64,000 nt of DNA from an uncultured Bacteroidota bacterium (GTDB lineage Bacteria; Bacteroidota; Bacteroidia; AKYH767-A; JABDAW01): NCBI GenBank assembly GCA_903844645.1, contig CAIMUP010000013.1:1428-65427 (forward strand). Direction: 5' to 3'. The notes under the pieces were generated by a model, which was not told the origin of the DNA, made no database searches, and saw only the letters and a list, made by a program, of their open reading frames with translations. Below are positions 54,747 to 64,000 of the stretch, in pieces (within the stretch, counting starts at the first letter, position 1; each line of letters starts with the position of its first letter). Position numbers and translations under genes: made by a program.

Positions 54747-54978
54747 AAAAACTGTAAGTACATTCATTAGTAATACCATATAAATAGCACAATAGATGAA
54801 GAAATTAAAGGTAAAACGGATGGTTTATATCAGGATTAATGATGTCCCTGACACCCGAATGGTGATTCTTTCCATGTTCCTGACAGGTTTTTTCACCTGA
54901 TAGGTTTTGAGAATTGGAATTCCTATCGTTTCATCAGGTTTTGGGATTACAATTTGGAGGGAAAGGCTTCCTTTTTTA

Positions 54979-55500
54979 TCAAAGCCGATAGTAAAAGGCA
55001 AATTCGGCAGTTACCGTAATGGTTTGGAAGCTGTCGTATCCGCCAAAACCTCCCATTAAATCGACAACGATAGGAGAAGTGCCGGTATATAATTGCAAAT
55101 CCAAGCCGAGACCTGTATTATAGGTCGAATTTGTTTTAACATATCGTTGCCCGGGATAAGTTCCGTAGCCAGAGGCTGGAGTATATTCTTTTTTGTAGAA
55201 GACAGAGTTGGCAAAATAGAAGTAAAGCCCGGCATCTTTAGACTCGCGAAGCCTTTGCAATAACGTAATGCCGAAACTTACTGTAGAATTGTCGTCTTTT
55301 TGATAGTACGGAGCGAAATTGACCATCGCCCCGAAATTTTCGGGAATATATCGGTACGAAAACCCATAGCCCGTCGTGAATCCGGCACCTACGCCGACAT
55401 AATTGTTATAATGTTTTTGCCCGGTAGCATAGTCCTGCGCATGTATTTTATTAATAAAAACGATGGCGATAAGGGCGATTATCAGAAGTTTGTTTTTCAT
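54979..55500 (-). CDS. small outer-membrane beta-barrel protein (OmpW/OmpA-barrel-like)
   Basis: Signal peptide present. 173 aa with alternating aromatic beta-strand pattern. C-terminal ...FAFYYRL. Confidence 0.55.
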   Translation of the reverse strand: MKNKLLIIALIAIVFINKIHAQDYATGQKHYNNYVGVGAGFTTGYGFSYRYIPENFGAMVNFAPYYQKDDNSTVSFGITLLQRLRESKDAGLYFYFANSVFYKKEYTPASGYGTYPGQRYVKTNSTYNTGLGLDLQLYTGTSPIVVDLMGGFGGYDSFQTITVTAEFAFYYRL

Positions 55501-55609
55501 GAATAATTTGGTTAGCTTGGTTCGTATTTTGAATGGTAAAACGGGGCTTGGCTATGGATTAGTATTTAATTTTATTAAATAAATACCGCCCCCTGATAAG
55601 AATATTTTA

Positions 55610-57781
55610 TTATAAGTTCTTCTGTAAATAATCTAACCACATCTGATACAAATGTTGCCTACTATTTCCTCCCGAAATGCCATGATTTTTGTTCGGATAG
55701 AAGAACGTGTCGAACTGTTTGTTAGCCTTTATCAAAGCATTGACAAACTCCATCGAGTTTTGGAAATGAACATTATCATCCGCCGTACCATGAATCAATA
55801 ATAGCTTTCCTTTTAATTTATCAGCGTAATAGATAGGGGAGTTTTCGTCATATCCTTTCGGGTTTTCTTGTGGCGTTTGCATGTATCGCTCTGTATAAAT
55901 GTTGTCATAGTATCGCCAATTCGTAACGGGGGCAACGCAGATGCCGGTTTTGAATACATCGGCACCCTTTGTCATACAAAGCGCGGTCATAAACCCACCA
56001 TAACTCCACCCTTGGATACCTATTCTGGAGGCATCTACAAAAGGAAGCATCTGGAGGAATTTAGCAGCCTCTATTTGGTCATCACTTTCCAGCTTTCCCA
56101 TGTTAAGATAAGTACATTTCTTAAACTCTTCGCCCCGATTCCCTGTTCCGCGGTTATCAACCGATACAATTATGTACCCATTGTTTGATAAAAGCTGATG
56201 CCAGAAGTAATCCCGACCGCCCCAGGAATCATTGACTGTGTTTGCACCAGGTCCGCCGTAAACAGTCATAAGAACAGGGTACTTTTTGGTAGCATCAAAG
56301 CCCTTAGGCTTAATAATCCAGGCGTTAAGGTCTACATTAATGGGAGTTTTTATAGTGATAAATTCTTTTTTCTGGATATTATAATCCTGGAGCTTTATAT
56401 TTAATTTGGCATTGTCCTCTAATGTCCGAACCGGCTTACCATCATTGGTATTTAAGGATATATATTCCGGCGAATTGGCATCGGTATGGAAGTTTATAAA
56501 GTATTTAAAATTAGAAGAGAAGTCCGCCCGATCGGTTCCCTTATAATTTGTCAGTTGTTTCTTATTCGTTCCATCGGTTTTGATAGAGAAAATATGGCGT
56601 TCCATAGGAGTCGGCTCCGCACTCTGATAATAAACCGTTTTAGTTGCTTCATCTACGCCATAAAAGTTAGTAATATCCGCCTTAGCCGTAGTAATTTTAT
56701 TCTCTAACTTACCATCCATTTTATAAAGGTATAGCTGATGGTAACCTTCCCCCTCACTCGACCAGATAAAGTGTTGCTTATCCTTCAGGAAAACCATGTT
56801 GTCGGTAATCTCTATATAGGTCTTATTCTCTTCTGTAAGTAAGATAGTCGTTCTCCCTGTATAAGCATCGGCAAGCAATAATTCCAGCTTGTTTTGATGA
56901 CGATTCATCTTATAAATACATAGCGTATTCGGGTCTTGCGTCCATTTTATTCTTGGAATATAGATGTCCGAATCCGGTCCTGTATTGAATTGGTTCGTCT
57001 TCCCAGATCTTATATCATAAACATAAATATTTACCAACGAATTTGCCTCTCCCGCCTTCGGATATTTATAGATATATTCTTCCGGGTAAAGCGAACCGTA
57101 TTTTGCTATCTGATACTGCCGAACTTTGCGTTCATCAAACCGATAAAAGGCTATAAAATTCCCATCATTATTCCAAAAAAAAGCGGGAGCAAATTCAAAT
57201 TCTTCTTCATACACCCAATCGCAAGAACCATTGATTACTTCATTCAGCTTTCCATCATACGTTACTTGCTTTTCCGAACCATTGACGAGGTCTTTTACAT
57301 AAAGATTATTATCTCTTGCAAACGCCACTTTATTTCCATCAGGAGAAAGCGAGGCATACTGCTGCTTTCCCTTGTCAGACACAGGAGTCAGGCTCTTTGC
57401 CTTACGATCATAAATATAATAAATAGCTTTATAAGAACGGCGATAAATAGCCACGACATCAGTCTTAATAATGATGCGGCTTTCGTCAGCATTAAATTGA
57501 TAATCGCCAATATTTATCTTCTCTTTTAATGATTTTTCGGAGAGAATGGTATCAACCAATTTGCCTGTTTTATATTCATACCGAAGTATCGCGCCATCGG
57601 CATAAGTAGTGTAATGCAAGCCATCTTTCATGGATGTAATTCCGTTCACAGTCTCGGCTTTGAAGGTGTTATTTTTCCATATATCATCCAGCGTGATGTC
57701 TTTTTTATTCTGCTGCGCAACGATGGTAGTACCTATAAAAAGGAACGCCATCAGTAATTTATTTTTCATATTTCTTTTCAT
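55610..57781 (-). CDS. S9-family serine peptidase, dipeptidyl-peptidase IV-like
   Basis: Signal peptide present. The N-terminal region has a beta-propeller pattern. Catalytic GWSYGG motif, and the Asp/His region near the C-terminus (...HGTADDNVHF...). Confidence 0.85.
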   Translation of the reverse strand: MKRNMKNKLLMAFLFIGTTIVAQQNKKDITLDDIWKNNTFKAETVNGITSMKDGLHYTTYADGAILRYEYKTGKLVDTILSEKSLKEKINIGDYQFNADESRIIIKTDVVAIYRRSYKAIYYIYDRKAKSLTPVSDKGKQQYASLSPDGNKVAFARDNNLYVKDLVNGSEKQVTYDGKLNEVINGSCDWVYEEEFEFAPAFFWNNDGNFIAFYRFDERKVRQYQIAKYGSLYPEEYIYKYPKAGEANSLVNIYVYDIRSGKTNQFNTGPDSDIYIPRIKWTQDPNTLCIYKMNRHQNKLELLLADAYTGRTTILLTEENKTYIEITDNMVFLKDKQHFIWSSEGEGYHQLYLYKMDGKLENKITTAKADITNFYGVDEATKTVYYQSAEPTPMERHIFSIKTDGTNKKQLTNYKGTDRADFSSNFKYFINFHTDANSPEYISLNTNDGKPVRTLEDNAKLNIKLQDYNIQKKEFITIKTPINVDLNAWIIKPKGFDATKKYPVLMTVYGGPGANTVNDSWGGRDYFWHQLLSNNGYIIVSVDNRGTGNRGEEFKKCTYLNMGKLESDDQIEAAKFLQMLPFVDASRIGIQGWSYGGFMTALCMTKGADVFKTGICVAPVTNWRYYDNIYTERYMQTPQENPKGYDENSPIYYADKLKGKLLLIHGTADDNVHFQNSMEFVNALIKANKQFDTFFYPNKNHGISGGNSRQHLYQMWLDYLQKNL

Positions 57782-58017
57782 ATAATTTGGGGCGAAATTA
57801 GTATAATTAAGGATAATAATATGATGAAGTATTTGATAAAAATAAGGATGACAAAAGGAATGCTACACGACAAATTATTTTTTCATAAACTTCAGATTCA
57901 TCTACTAAATGACTACAATTTTTATCTAATAATTTGGAGAATTAATGCCTGCAAAACGGAACAAATTAAGAGCATAAAAATGTGGCTTCTTTGGAATAAA
58001 ATTCTGAATAAGAGGGA

Positions 58018-58158
58018 TTCCGACTCGGCTGCGAATGATTTCGTCGTGACTGCGACTATTTTCATCATGACTGCGACCATTTCCGACTAGATTGCGACTA
58101 TTTTCATCGTGACTGCGACCATTTCCGACTAGATTGCGACCATTTTCATCGGAAATCC
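58018..58158. repeat. 21-bp tandem repeat array J, about 6.5 copies, alternating units TTTCATCGTGACTGCGACCAT and TTCCGACTAGATTGCGACTAT
   Basis: Units at 58018, 58039, 58060, 58081, 58102 and 58123. Confidence 0.9.
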
Positions 58159-58436
58159 TCCTATGCATGTTTTGCTTATACCAATCAACACTTTAGCTAC
58201 TTCTCAGGGCATCAAAACAGGGTTAAAACGACCAAAAACAGACTAAAAGAGGATTAAAAAGACTATTCGCGGCATGATAAAAAAAGTCCTTCTCCAACAA
58301 AGTATTTGAGACCGAAACGACGAAGAAAAGGACATCCCTCGAAACTTAACGATCCCGAATTATATCCCCATCAAGCACCCTCGGACAGGGCAAAAGTTGC
58401 CTAAATTATGGGGTGCTAAAATTACTTTTAAGAAGA

Positions 58437-60386
58437 TTATTTGCCTCCTGCCGCGGCTTGTGCTTGCTTTTCTTTGGCAAAGCAATCGTTTGCATCAACT
58501 TCATCTTTCATAAAATTATAAGTGATGCCCATCATGTGATAAGTGCTGGCGCGACTGACATTATCCTTCTCATATTTCAACGATTCGTTGAAGTTATCAA
58601 TGGCTTTTTGGTACTGCCCGAAAGTGCCGAAACAACTACCCAGATTTTTCCATGCATCAGAGTAGCGAGGGTTCCACCGAACAGCATTTTGGAAGTCATC
58701 CAAAGCCCGTTGGTACTGCCCTCCTTCAAAGAAAATCACGCCACGATTATTAAATGTTTTATCATCCGCGCGGTTGTATTTTAATGCCGAATCATAGTTC
58801 GCATAAGCGGCAACAGTGTCCCGCATTTTATGATAAATAACCGCCATATCGCGGTAAGCATCGAAGTTTTGTGGGTATAGTTGCGTAGCTATTTTTAATT
58901 CCGCAATGGCATGTTTGTAAATGGCATCTTTCTTCACGGAATCCTTCTCGTTTTTTGCATCTCTGTTCTTTAATTCAATGCCATATAGATAATGATTACG
59001 GGTACTGTTCGGACCATCCACAATGCCTGATAGATAAAGGGACATGTTATCGTACCATACCGGATTTCGCGTAACAGTTTTGAAGGAATATAAAGCCAAT
59101 ATAATGCAAGCTACTCCTATTACTTTTGAATTGGTTTTAAAGAACTCGCCAATCGAAGTATTTGCGGTAGTGATGTTCTCTGTTTTGAAAAGTTTGGTTA
59201 ATAAAAGTGCTACCACCAACGCGAATCCTAAAGAAGGCATAAAGGTTAAACGATCTGCCATTACCGTACCGATGATGACCACAATATTTGACACGATGGA
59301 GATGGTGATTAAGTAGAATAAAATGGCAAATGCGATGGTATCTTTTTCTCTTATTTTATAAACAGCATAACCAGCAATGCAGATATATACCACAACAGAT
59401 AAAAGTATACGCCAATCGGAGAGCGGCAGGAGGTTAATTTCAGAGAAAGAATAATCGTCTGAAAGGTGTATCGGGAATACAATTAAAATAAGATAACGAC
59501 CTAAGACATACATTGCATTTGGCCCGCGAATAAAGAAGTTTGGCGCACTGGCAAGTACATTATCAATGGGTAAAACAGACTTTGTATTGACAATGCCTCC
59601 TAATGCATTTCCACGTAAAGCCATATACACGAAGACGGCGAGAAAAAGAGGTAAGACGGCGGTGATATTCTTGTTTCTCGGGAGGTTTTTAAAGGTAAAT
59701 AACAAGATAGGTATGACTGCAATCATGGTTATCGCGCTTTCCTTTGCCATCATCGCTAAGAAGAATGCGAAGATAGAGAGAAAGAGTTTGGGAGTAGTGT
59801 TCTTTTCAAGATAATCCAACAACCATTGAACTGTTAATATGGAAAAGATAAGACAAAGAATTTCATCGCCGCTCTTTATATTCGCAACTACTTCGGTATG
59901 CACAGGATGCGCCATGAATAAGAGTGTTCCGATGAATGAAATGACTAAATTATTTTTGAATAATCGGGATAGGAAATTAAATAATAAGAAACCGCACAAG
60001 GCATACAAACATATATTAATAAAATGCCCGAATGCCGGAATATCAGGTGCTAATTGCCACTCTATTGCGAACATAACAAGAGATAAGGGTCTGTATAGTT
60101 CATCATTACTTGCCCAATATCCGTAGCGATAGGAGGTATGCAACAATGTTCCGATACCACTAAAGCCTTGTTGCACGACATGGTTCTCTTTTATCGTGGA
60201 ATAATCGTCTAAAGTGTAGGTATAAGGAATAGTTTGCGCATAAAGCAAGAAGCTAAACACGGCAACAATTACTCCTAATGCAAGCTTCAATTGGTTCTTG
60301 CTGGTTTTCTTTTCGGTAGTGATAGGATTAGATGTTTGTGCTAATGCTATCTTCTCTTTTTTCGTTAATTTCTTTTGTTGTGCCAT
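58437..60386 (-). CDS. membrane protein with N-terminal multi-TM PMT_2/DUF1736-like domain and C-terminal TPR repeats (TMTC-like putative protein O-mannosyltransferase)
   Basis: About 11 TM segments, then TPR-like repeats in the last 200 aa. Conserved pattern ...ELYRPLS...MAKESAIT. Confidence 0.55.
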   Translation of the reverse strand: MAQQKKLTKKEKIALAQTSNPITTEKKTSKNQLKLALGVIVAVFSFLLYAQTIPYTYTLDDYSTIKENHVVQQGFSGIGTLLHTSYRYGYWASNDELYRPLSLVMFAIEWQLAPDIPAFGHFINICLYALCGFLLFNFLSRLFKNNLVISFIGTLLFMAHPVHTEVVANIKSGDEILCLIFSILTVQWLLDYLEKNTTPKLFLSIFAFFLAMMAKESAITMIAVIPILLFTFKNLPRNKNITAVLPLFLAVFVYMALRGNALGGIVNTKSVLPIDNVLASAPNFFIRGPNAMYVLGRYLILIVFPIHLSDDYSFSEINLLPLSDWRILLSVVVYICIAGYAVYKIREKDTIAFAILFYLITISIVSNIVVIIGTVMADRLTFMPSLGFALVVALLLTKLFKTENITTANTSIGEFFKTNSKVIGVACIILALYSFKTVTRNPVWYDNMSLYLSGIVDGPNSTRNHYLYGIELKNRDAKNEKDSVKKDAIYKHAIAELKIATQLYPQNFDAYRDMAVIYHKMRDTVAAYANYDSALKYNRADDKTFNNRGVIFFEGGQYQRALDDFQNAVRWNPRYSDAWKNLGSCFGTFGQYQKAIDNFNESLKYEKDNVSRASTYHMMGITYNFMKDEVDANDCFAKEKQAQAAAGGK

Positions 60387-60431
60387 AAGTTATTTGTTAT
60401 TGAAGGGGACAAAATTAAAGATTATCGGTGA

Positions 60432-61655
60432 TTACTTCTCACCTTCTAAATCATGCCCCATTTTATCCCGTTTCGTGTTGAGATAATCCTTGTTATGGAT
60501 GTTCGATTTTATTGCAATCGGTACGTTTTCCACGATCTCCAGACCATATCCTATCAAGCCCGCTCGCTTCGTCGGGTTATTCGACATTAATTTCATTTTC
60601 GTTACGCCCAAATTCCTTAATATTTGAGCACCCACCCCGTAATCCCTTTCATCCATCTTGAACCCGAGAGCAATATTTGCCTCCACCGTATCCATTCCTT
60701 CTTCTTGCAGTTTGTATGCCCTTAATTTATTCAACAATCCGATGCCCCTTCCCTCTTGATTGATGTAAACTAAAACCCCTTTCCCGGCTTCTTCAATCAT
60801 CTTCAAGGCTCTATGAAGTTGAGGTCCGCAATCGCAGCGGCAACTCCCGAAAATATCACCGGTAAGGCATGACGAATGTACCCTTACCAACACCGCTTCG
60901 TCCTTCTCCCATGTGCCTTTGATGATAGCAAGGTGCTCTTGATCGGTGTTGATTTGTTTGTAAGCGATTAACTTAAAATCGCCCCAGGCTGTCGGCAAAT
61001 TCACCGTTACTTCCTTCTCAATAAGGCTCTCTTTCGAGAGGCGGTATTTGATTAAATCCTCTATCGAAATTATCTTCAAATCGAATCGTTCGGCTATCTT
61101 GAAAAGGTTCGGCAGACGCGCCATCGTACCGTCTTCATTCATTATTTCTACCAGCACTCCCGCCGCTTCGAAGCCGGCTAAGGATGAAATATCAACCGTT
61201 GCTTCCGTATGTCCGGCTCTTCTTAAAACACCGCCATGCTTTGCTTTCAAAGGGAAAATATGTCCCGGTCTGCCCAGATCTTTTGGCATGGTTTCAGGAT
61301 TAATTAAAGCCTGAATCGTCTTGCTTCTATCGCTTGCCGAGATGCCTGTCGTGCAGCCATGTCCCAACAAATCCACCGAGATGGTGAATGGTGTTTCATG
61401 CGACGAGGTGTTCTTCGTAACCATCATATCTAATGCCAATTCCGCGCACCGTTCTTCGGTAATCGAGGCACAAATCAAGCCTCTGCCGTGGGTCGCCATA
61501 AAGTTCACAATATCAGGCGTCGCGTTGCGGGCAGCAGTTACGAAGTCGCCCTCGTTTTCGCGGTCCTCATCATCCACTACGATGATTACTTTACCTTGCC
61601 TGATGTCTTCCAGAGCCTCTTCGATGGTATTTAATTTATGTTGTACGATGTTCAT
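60432..61655 (-). CDS. ribBA: bifunctional 3,4-dihydroxy-2-butanone-4-phosphate synthase / GTP cyclohydrolase II
   Basis: DHBP synthase motifs [11 protein letters not shown] and GHTEA. GTP cyclohydrolase II zinc motif [18 protein letters not shown]. Confidence 0.92.
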   Translation of the reverse strand: MNIVQHKLNTIEEALEDIRQGKVIIVVDDEDRENEGDFVTAARNATPDIVNFMATHGRGLICASITEERCAELALDMMVTKNTSSHETPFTISVDLLGHGCTTGISASDRSKTIQALINPETMPKDLGRPGHIFPLKAKHGGVLRRAGHTEATVDISSLAGFEAAGVLVEIMNEDGTMARLPNLFKIAERFDLKIISIEDLIKYRLSKESLIEKEVTVNLPTAWGDFKLIAYKQINTDQEHLAIIKGTWEKDEAVLVRVHSSCLTGDIFGSCRCDCGPQLHRALKMIEEAGKGVLVYINQEGRGIGLLNKLRAYKLQEEGMDTVEANIALGFKMDERDYGVGAQILRNLGVTKMKLMSNNPTKRAGLIGYGLEIVENVPIAIKSNIHNKDYLNTKRDKMGHDLEGEK

Positions 61656-61699
61656 GGCGTGTTTTTTAATTCTATGGCGGCGAAATTAAGAAAATTGTT

Positions 61700-61960
61700 G
61701 GCGTTCGATTATCCGTTCTCGATCATTCGCAATCTTTATCCAAAGATACGTTTTCTCTCATCAAAAAATACTCGGATTGGTACCAAGAAAAGCATCATGC
61801 AGATACCTTCTCTCGGTATTCATTCAGGGAATCGCGATCTGTTGGTTCAAAGACTCGTTTCTTATACACAATACTGCCTCTGTTGTATTCCATTCAGCCT
61901 CCTTTTAGCTGCTAATCGCGATTCTGAAGCCAAAAGTCGAGATATTGAAACAATGAATCG
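61700..61960 (-). ncRNA. candidate diverged FMN riboswitch in the ribBA leader (unresolved)
   Basis: The sense-strand leader ends ...CCCTGAATGAATACCGAGAGAAGG, which resembles the FMN aptamer 3' end ...CTGGATGGGAGAAGG. It also has GAACCAACAG compared with the consensus GAAGCCGACAG, and a P1-like TCTCG...CGAGAG pair. The conserved GGGTGAAATTCCC consensus is replaced by AGAATCGCGATT. The leader is part of a large palindromic region, so the assignment is uncertain. Confidence 0.3.
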
Positions 61961-62237
61961 TACCCATTAACCACTTAATTGAAGTGAAAGACTATTTTAG
62001 TATAATGAATGACTCATTAAGTATAATGAAAGACTATTTTAGTATAATGAATGACTAAAACACTAATATGAAAGACTAATTACCAGACATGAAAGACCAC
62101 TTCATGTCTGGCAATTAGTCTTTCATATTAGTGAATTAGTCTTTTACCTTAATAAAGTAGTTAATCATTATACTAAAATAGTCTTTCACTTCAATTAAGT
62201 GGTTAATGGGTACGATTCATTGTTTCAAGGTCTCGAC
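61936..62237. repeat. about 300-bp near-perfect palindrome (arms of 70 bp or more at about 97% identity) at the centre of a larger degenerate inverted duplication
   Basis: The left arm is GTCGAGATATTGAAACAATGAATCGTACCCATTAACCACTTAATTGAAGTGAAAGACTATTTTAGTATAATGA, and its reverse complement is found at 62165-62237. Nested palindromes lie inside (CCAGACATGAA...TTCATGTCTGG, and CACTAATATGAAAGACTAATT and its complement). Confidence 0.85.
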
Positions 62238-62499
62238 TTGGAATGATAAAATGGAGGAATGGCATCCGATTATCGAGGTATTTAATAAGATAGAGGCGAT
62301 GAATAATACGATAATGACGATACCGAATCATCTGATCAAGATTCCCCAATAAATACCACCGAATACCGACCGATAGGAGGCGAAATGTGAAAACAGAACC
62401 GCTATTTTCGGTACCTTTCTCGGGAATAAAAGATAATAAGTCGCGATGAACATTCTTAGATATTCATCATCTTTATCAAGCCCGAAAAAAGGGAGTATC

Positions 62500-63948
62500 T
62501 TATTTTAAATTCTTCTTAGCCTGCTCGATAGTAATTTTTTTATCGCCACTAAAAGCGACCACAAAAGCATCTTTGATACCCGCATTCACGACCATATTTC
62601 GTAGCTGAACCGCAGTATCGTAATCCCTTACCGAACCAGCAAAATAATAGGTCAAACCATCAGCATCCTTGGTGTGGGAAATACCTTTGTTGCTTAATTT
62701 TAAGAACAGATCCACCACCTCAAACGGCACCTGCTCGCGGTATGCCCCGAGTTGCACTTTGAAGCTGATCGTAGCCGCATCAATCGTTTCTTCGGTAGCT
62801 TTAAATTCGGGTTGCTTCGGGGGTTGAACAGGCGTAGTGTCTTTAATAATAACAATCGGGTTTGCCTTTACCGGTGCGGGTTCTGGAGTTTTTGTCGGAG
62901 GAATCGGCGTAGTGAATTTCATTGGGATAACGGTCTTTTCCAACTCTCGGGCTTGGTTCAAATTGATTCTGGAACCCTTGTAATATGCAACCACAAAAGC
63001 ATCCGGAACAAGCGTCCTCGCGATGTTGTTTTTAGCTGCATCGGCAGGAGGAAAGTAATTATAAAGCCCCGATAAAAAACGATAATAACCCTTGGCAGTA
63101 ACTTCGGTATTTAATGGTTTTAATGATTCAAGAATACCAGGCGGAGTCGCATTTCCATACACACCAACCTGAACCGTGTAGAACAATCCTTCATTATTTT
63201 TAATGTTAAAAGAAGAGGTGTTGGTAGGCGTGTTGTTGTTTTGAACAGCGGTGTTAGATGCGTTATTCGGGACATCAATAGGGGTTTTGATAGCCGCCAC
63301 CGGGGAGGTTTTTACCGCATTCCTGAAGGTATAAAGATTAATGTCGTTAGCTTCTGGGGCATACTTTTCAGGATAGATATTGTTGGCTTTAAGCACCTTC
63401 GTTTCCTCGACATAAACAAACTGATAGGTTTGCTGTTGAGGCGAAGTGAGGGCATGAATTAGTAAGCCCGCATCGTATATAGAAATCCTTTTTCCATCTC
63501 TGTATGCCACCACAAAAGCATCCCGATAACCCATTGCTCTAATCTCTTTCTTAGCCAAATTAGCACTCTCGAAAGTCTGGAATAAACCCGCAGTATAGCG
63601 CAACCACCCATTAGGTCCGTCCTCATAGGTAACAGGTTGTAAGCCTCTGAAAGCATCTCCCGAAACAGGTGCTCGGAATGCCCCAATCTGTACTTTAAAA
63701 TACAAGCCATCCGGTAATTTTTCGTTATGAGGAATTGGTTTTATTTCATTGTTGACAGTCTTCTCTTTGCTAATGTTAAAGACATATTTATTGGAAGAGG
63801 TATTTGCTTTTTCTTCCTTTAGTTTGTCGTTAATAATTTTTAAAGTATCTTTATTCGGTAAGTCAGATTTGTTGGCAACAACGGTCGTTGTGAGCTTTTC
63901 TTTTAGCATTATTGCCTCCGCTTTTTGATTATCCGATACTCTTGCCAA
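62500..63948 (-). CDS. SPOR-domain (peptidoglycan-binding) repeat protein; N-terminus may extend beyond the window
   Basis: Three SPOR-like units (FKVQ(L/I)GA(Y/F)R...DAFVVA). Pro/Thr-rich linkers separate them. Confidence 0.6.
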   Translation of the reverse strand: MARVSDNQKAEAIMLKEKLTTTVVANKSDLPNKDTLKIINDKLKEEKANTSSNKYVFNISKEKTVNNEIKPIPHNEKLPDGLYFKVQIGAFRAPVSGDAFRGLQPVTYEDGPNGWLRYTAGLFQTFESANLAKKEIRAMGYRDAFVVAYRDGKRISIYDAGLLIHALTSPQQQTYQFVYVEETKVLKANNIYPEKYAPEANDINLYTFRNAVKTSPVAAIKTPIDVPNNASNTAVQNNNTPTNTSSFNIKNNEGLFYTVQVGVYGNATPPGILESLKPLNTEVTAKGYYRFLSGLYNYFPPADAAKNNIARTLVPDAFVVAYYKGSRINLNQARELEKTVIPMKFTTPIPPTKTPEPAPVKANPIVIIKDTTPVQPPKQPEFKATEETIDAATISFKVQLGAYREQVPFEVVDLFLKLSNKGISHTKDADGLTYYFAGSVRDYDTAVQLRNMVVNAGIKDAFVVAFSGDKKITIEQAKKNLK

Positions 63949-64000
63949 ATCCTTTGCAACAACATAAATACTATCGGCATCATGTTGCTTGATTTCGGCA

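Noticed and set aside
54201-54770. Cys/Tyr/His/Asn-rich peptides as RiPP or bacteriocin precursors
   Set aside because: The composition comes from the 21-bp AT-rich repeat. The opposite strand gives an equally long hydrophobic repeat ORF. No modifying-enzyme genes are nearby. I keep this only as a low-probability alternative in the findings.

Overview
This is a chromosomal segment from a Bacteroidota organism. It has T9SS type-A and type-B C-terminal sorting domains, SprB and GloVer repeats, TAnnTTTG -7 promoter boxes and roughly 40% GC. I call about 48 protein genes. Housekeeping genes are trxB, efp, acpH, gyrA, ffh, ribBA, a fused 2-oxoacid dehydrogenase E1 alpha/beta, and a PPIase/SurA/MoxR operon. 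Envelope and secretion genes are the C-terminus of a TonB-dependent receptor with a DUF4249-like lipoprotein, TolC, TerC, YfhO, a TMTC-like TPR membrane protein, an OmpW-like barrel, DPP-IV, a metzincin with SprB repeats and T9SS CTD, and a GloVer/PKD/T9SS-B protein. There is a lipid module: dgkA, an alpha-oxoamine synthase (SPT-like), a GNAT-like acyltransferase and an SDR epimerase/reductase. There is a UPF0175/DUF3368 toxin-antitoxin pair. Several hypothetical proteins have no relatives I recognise. I see no tRNA, rRNA, CRISPR, transposase or integrase. The most unusual signal is non-coding. Thirteen separate intergenic tandem-repeat arrays each use a different unit, but all have a strict 21-bp period (one is 42 bp), with 6 to 14 copies each and about 2.6 kb in total. 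Some sit inside operons and one runs into the 3' end of a CDS. Also notable are an intergenic region of about 780 bp that is an imperfect palindrome with a near-perfect 300-bp core upstream of ribBA, where a diverged FMN-riboswitch-like leader may lie. There is also a cluster of long perfect palindromes in a divergent promoter, and a (CA)11 microsatellite. Three hypothetical proteins, each directly downstream of a 21-bp array, appear to be distant paralogues.
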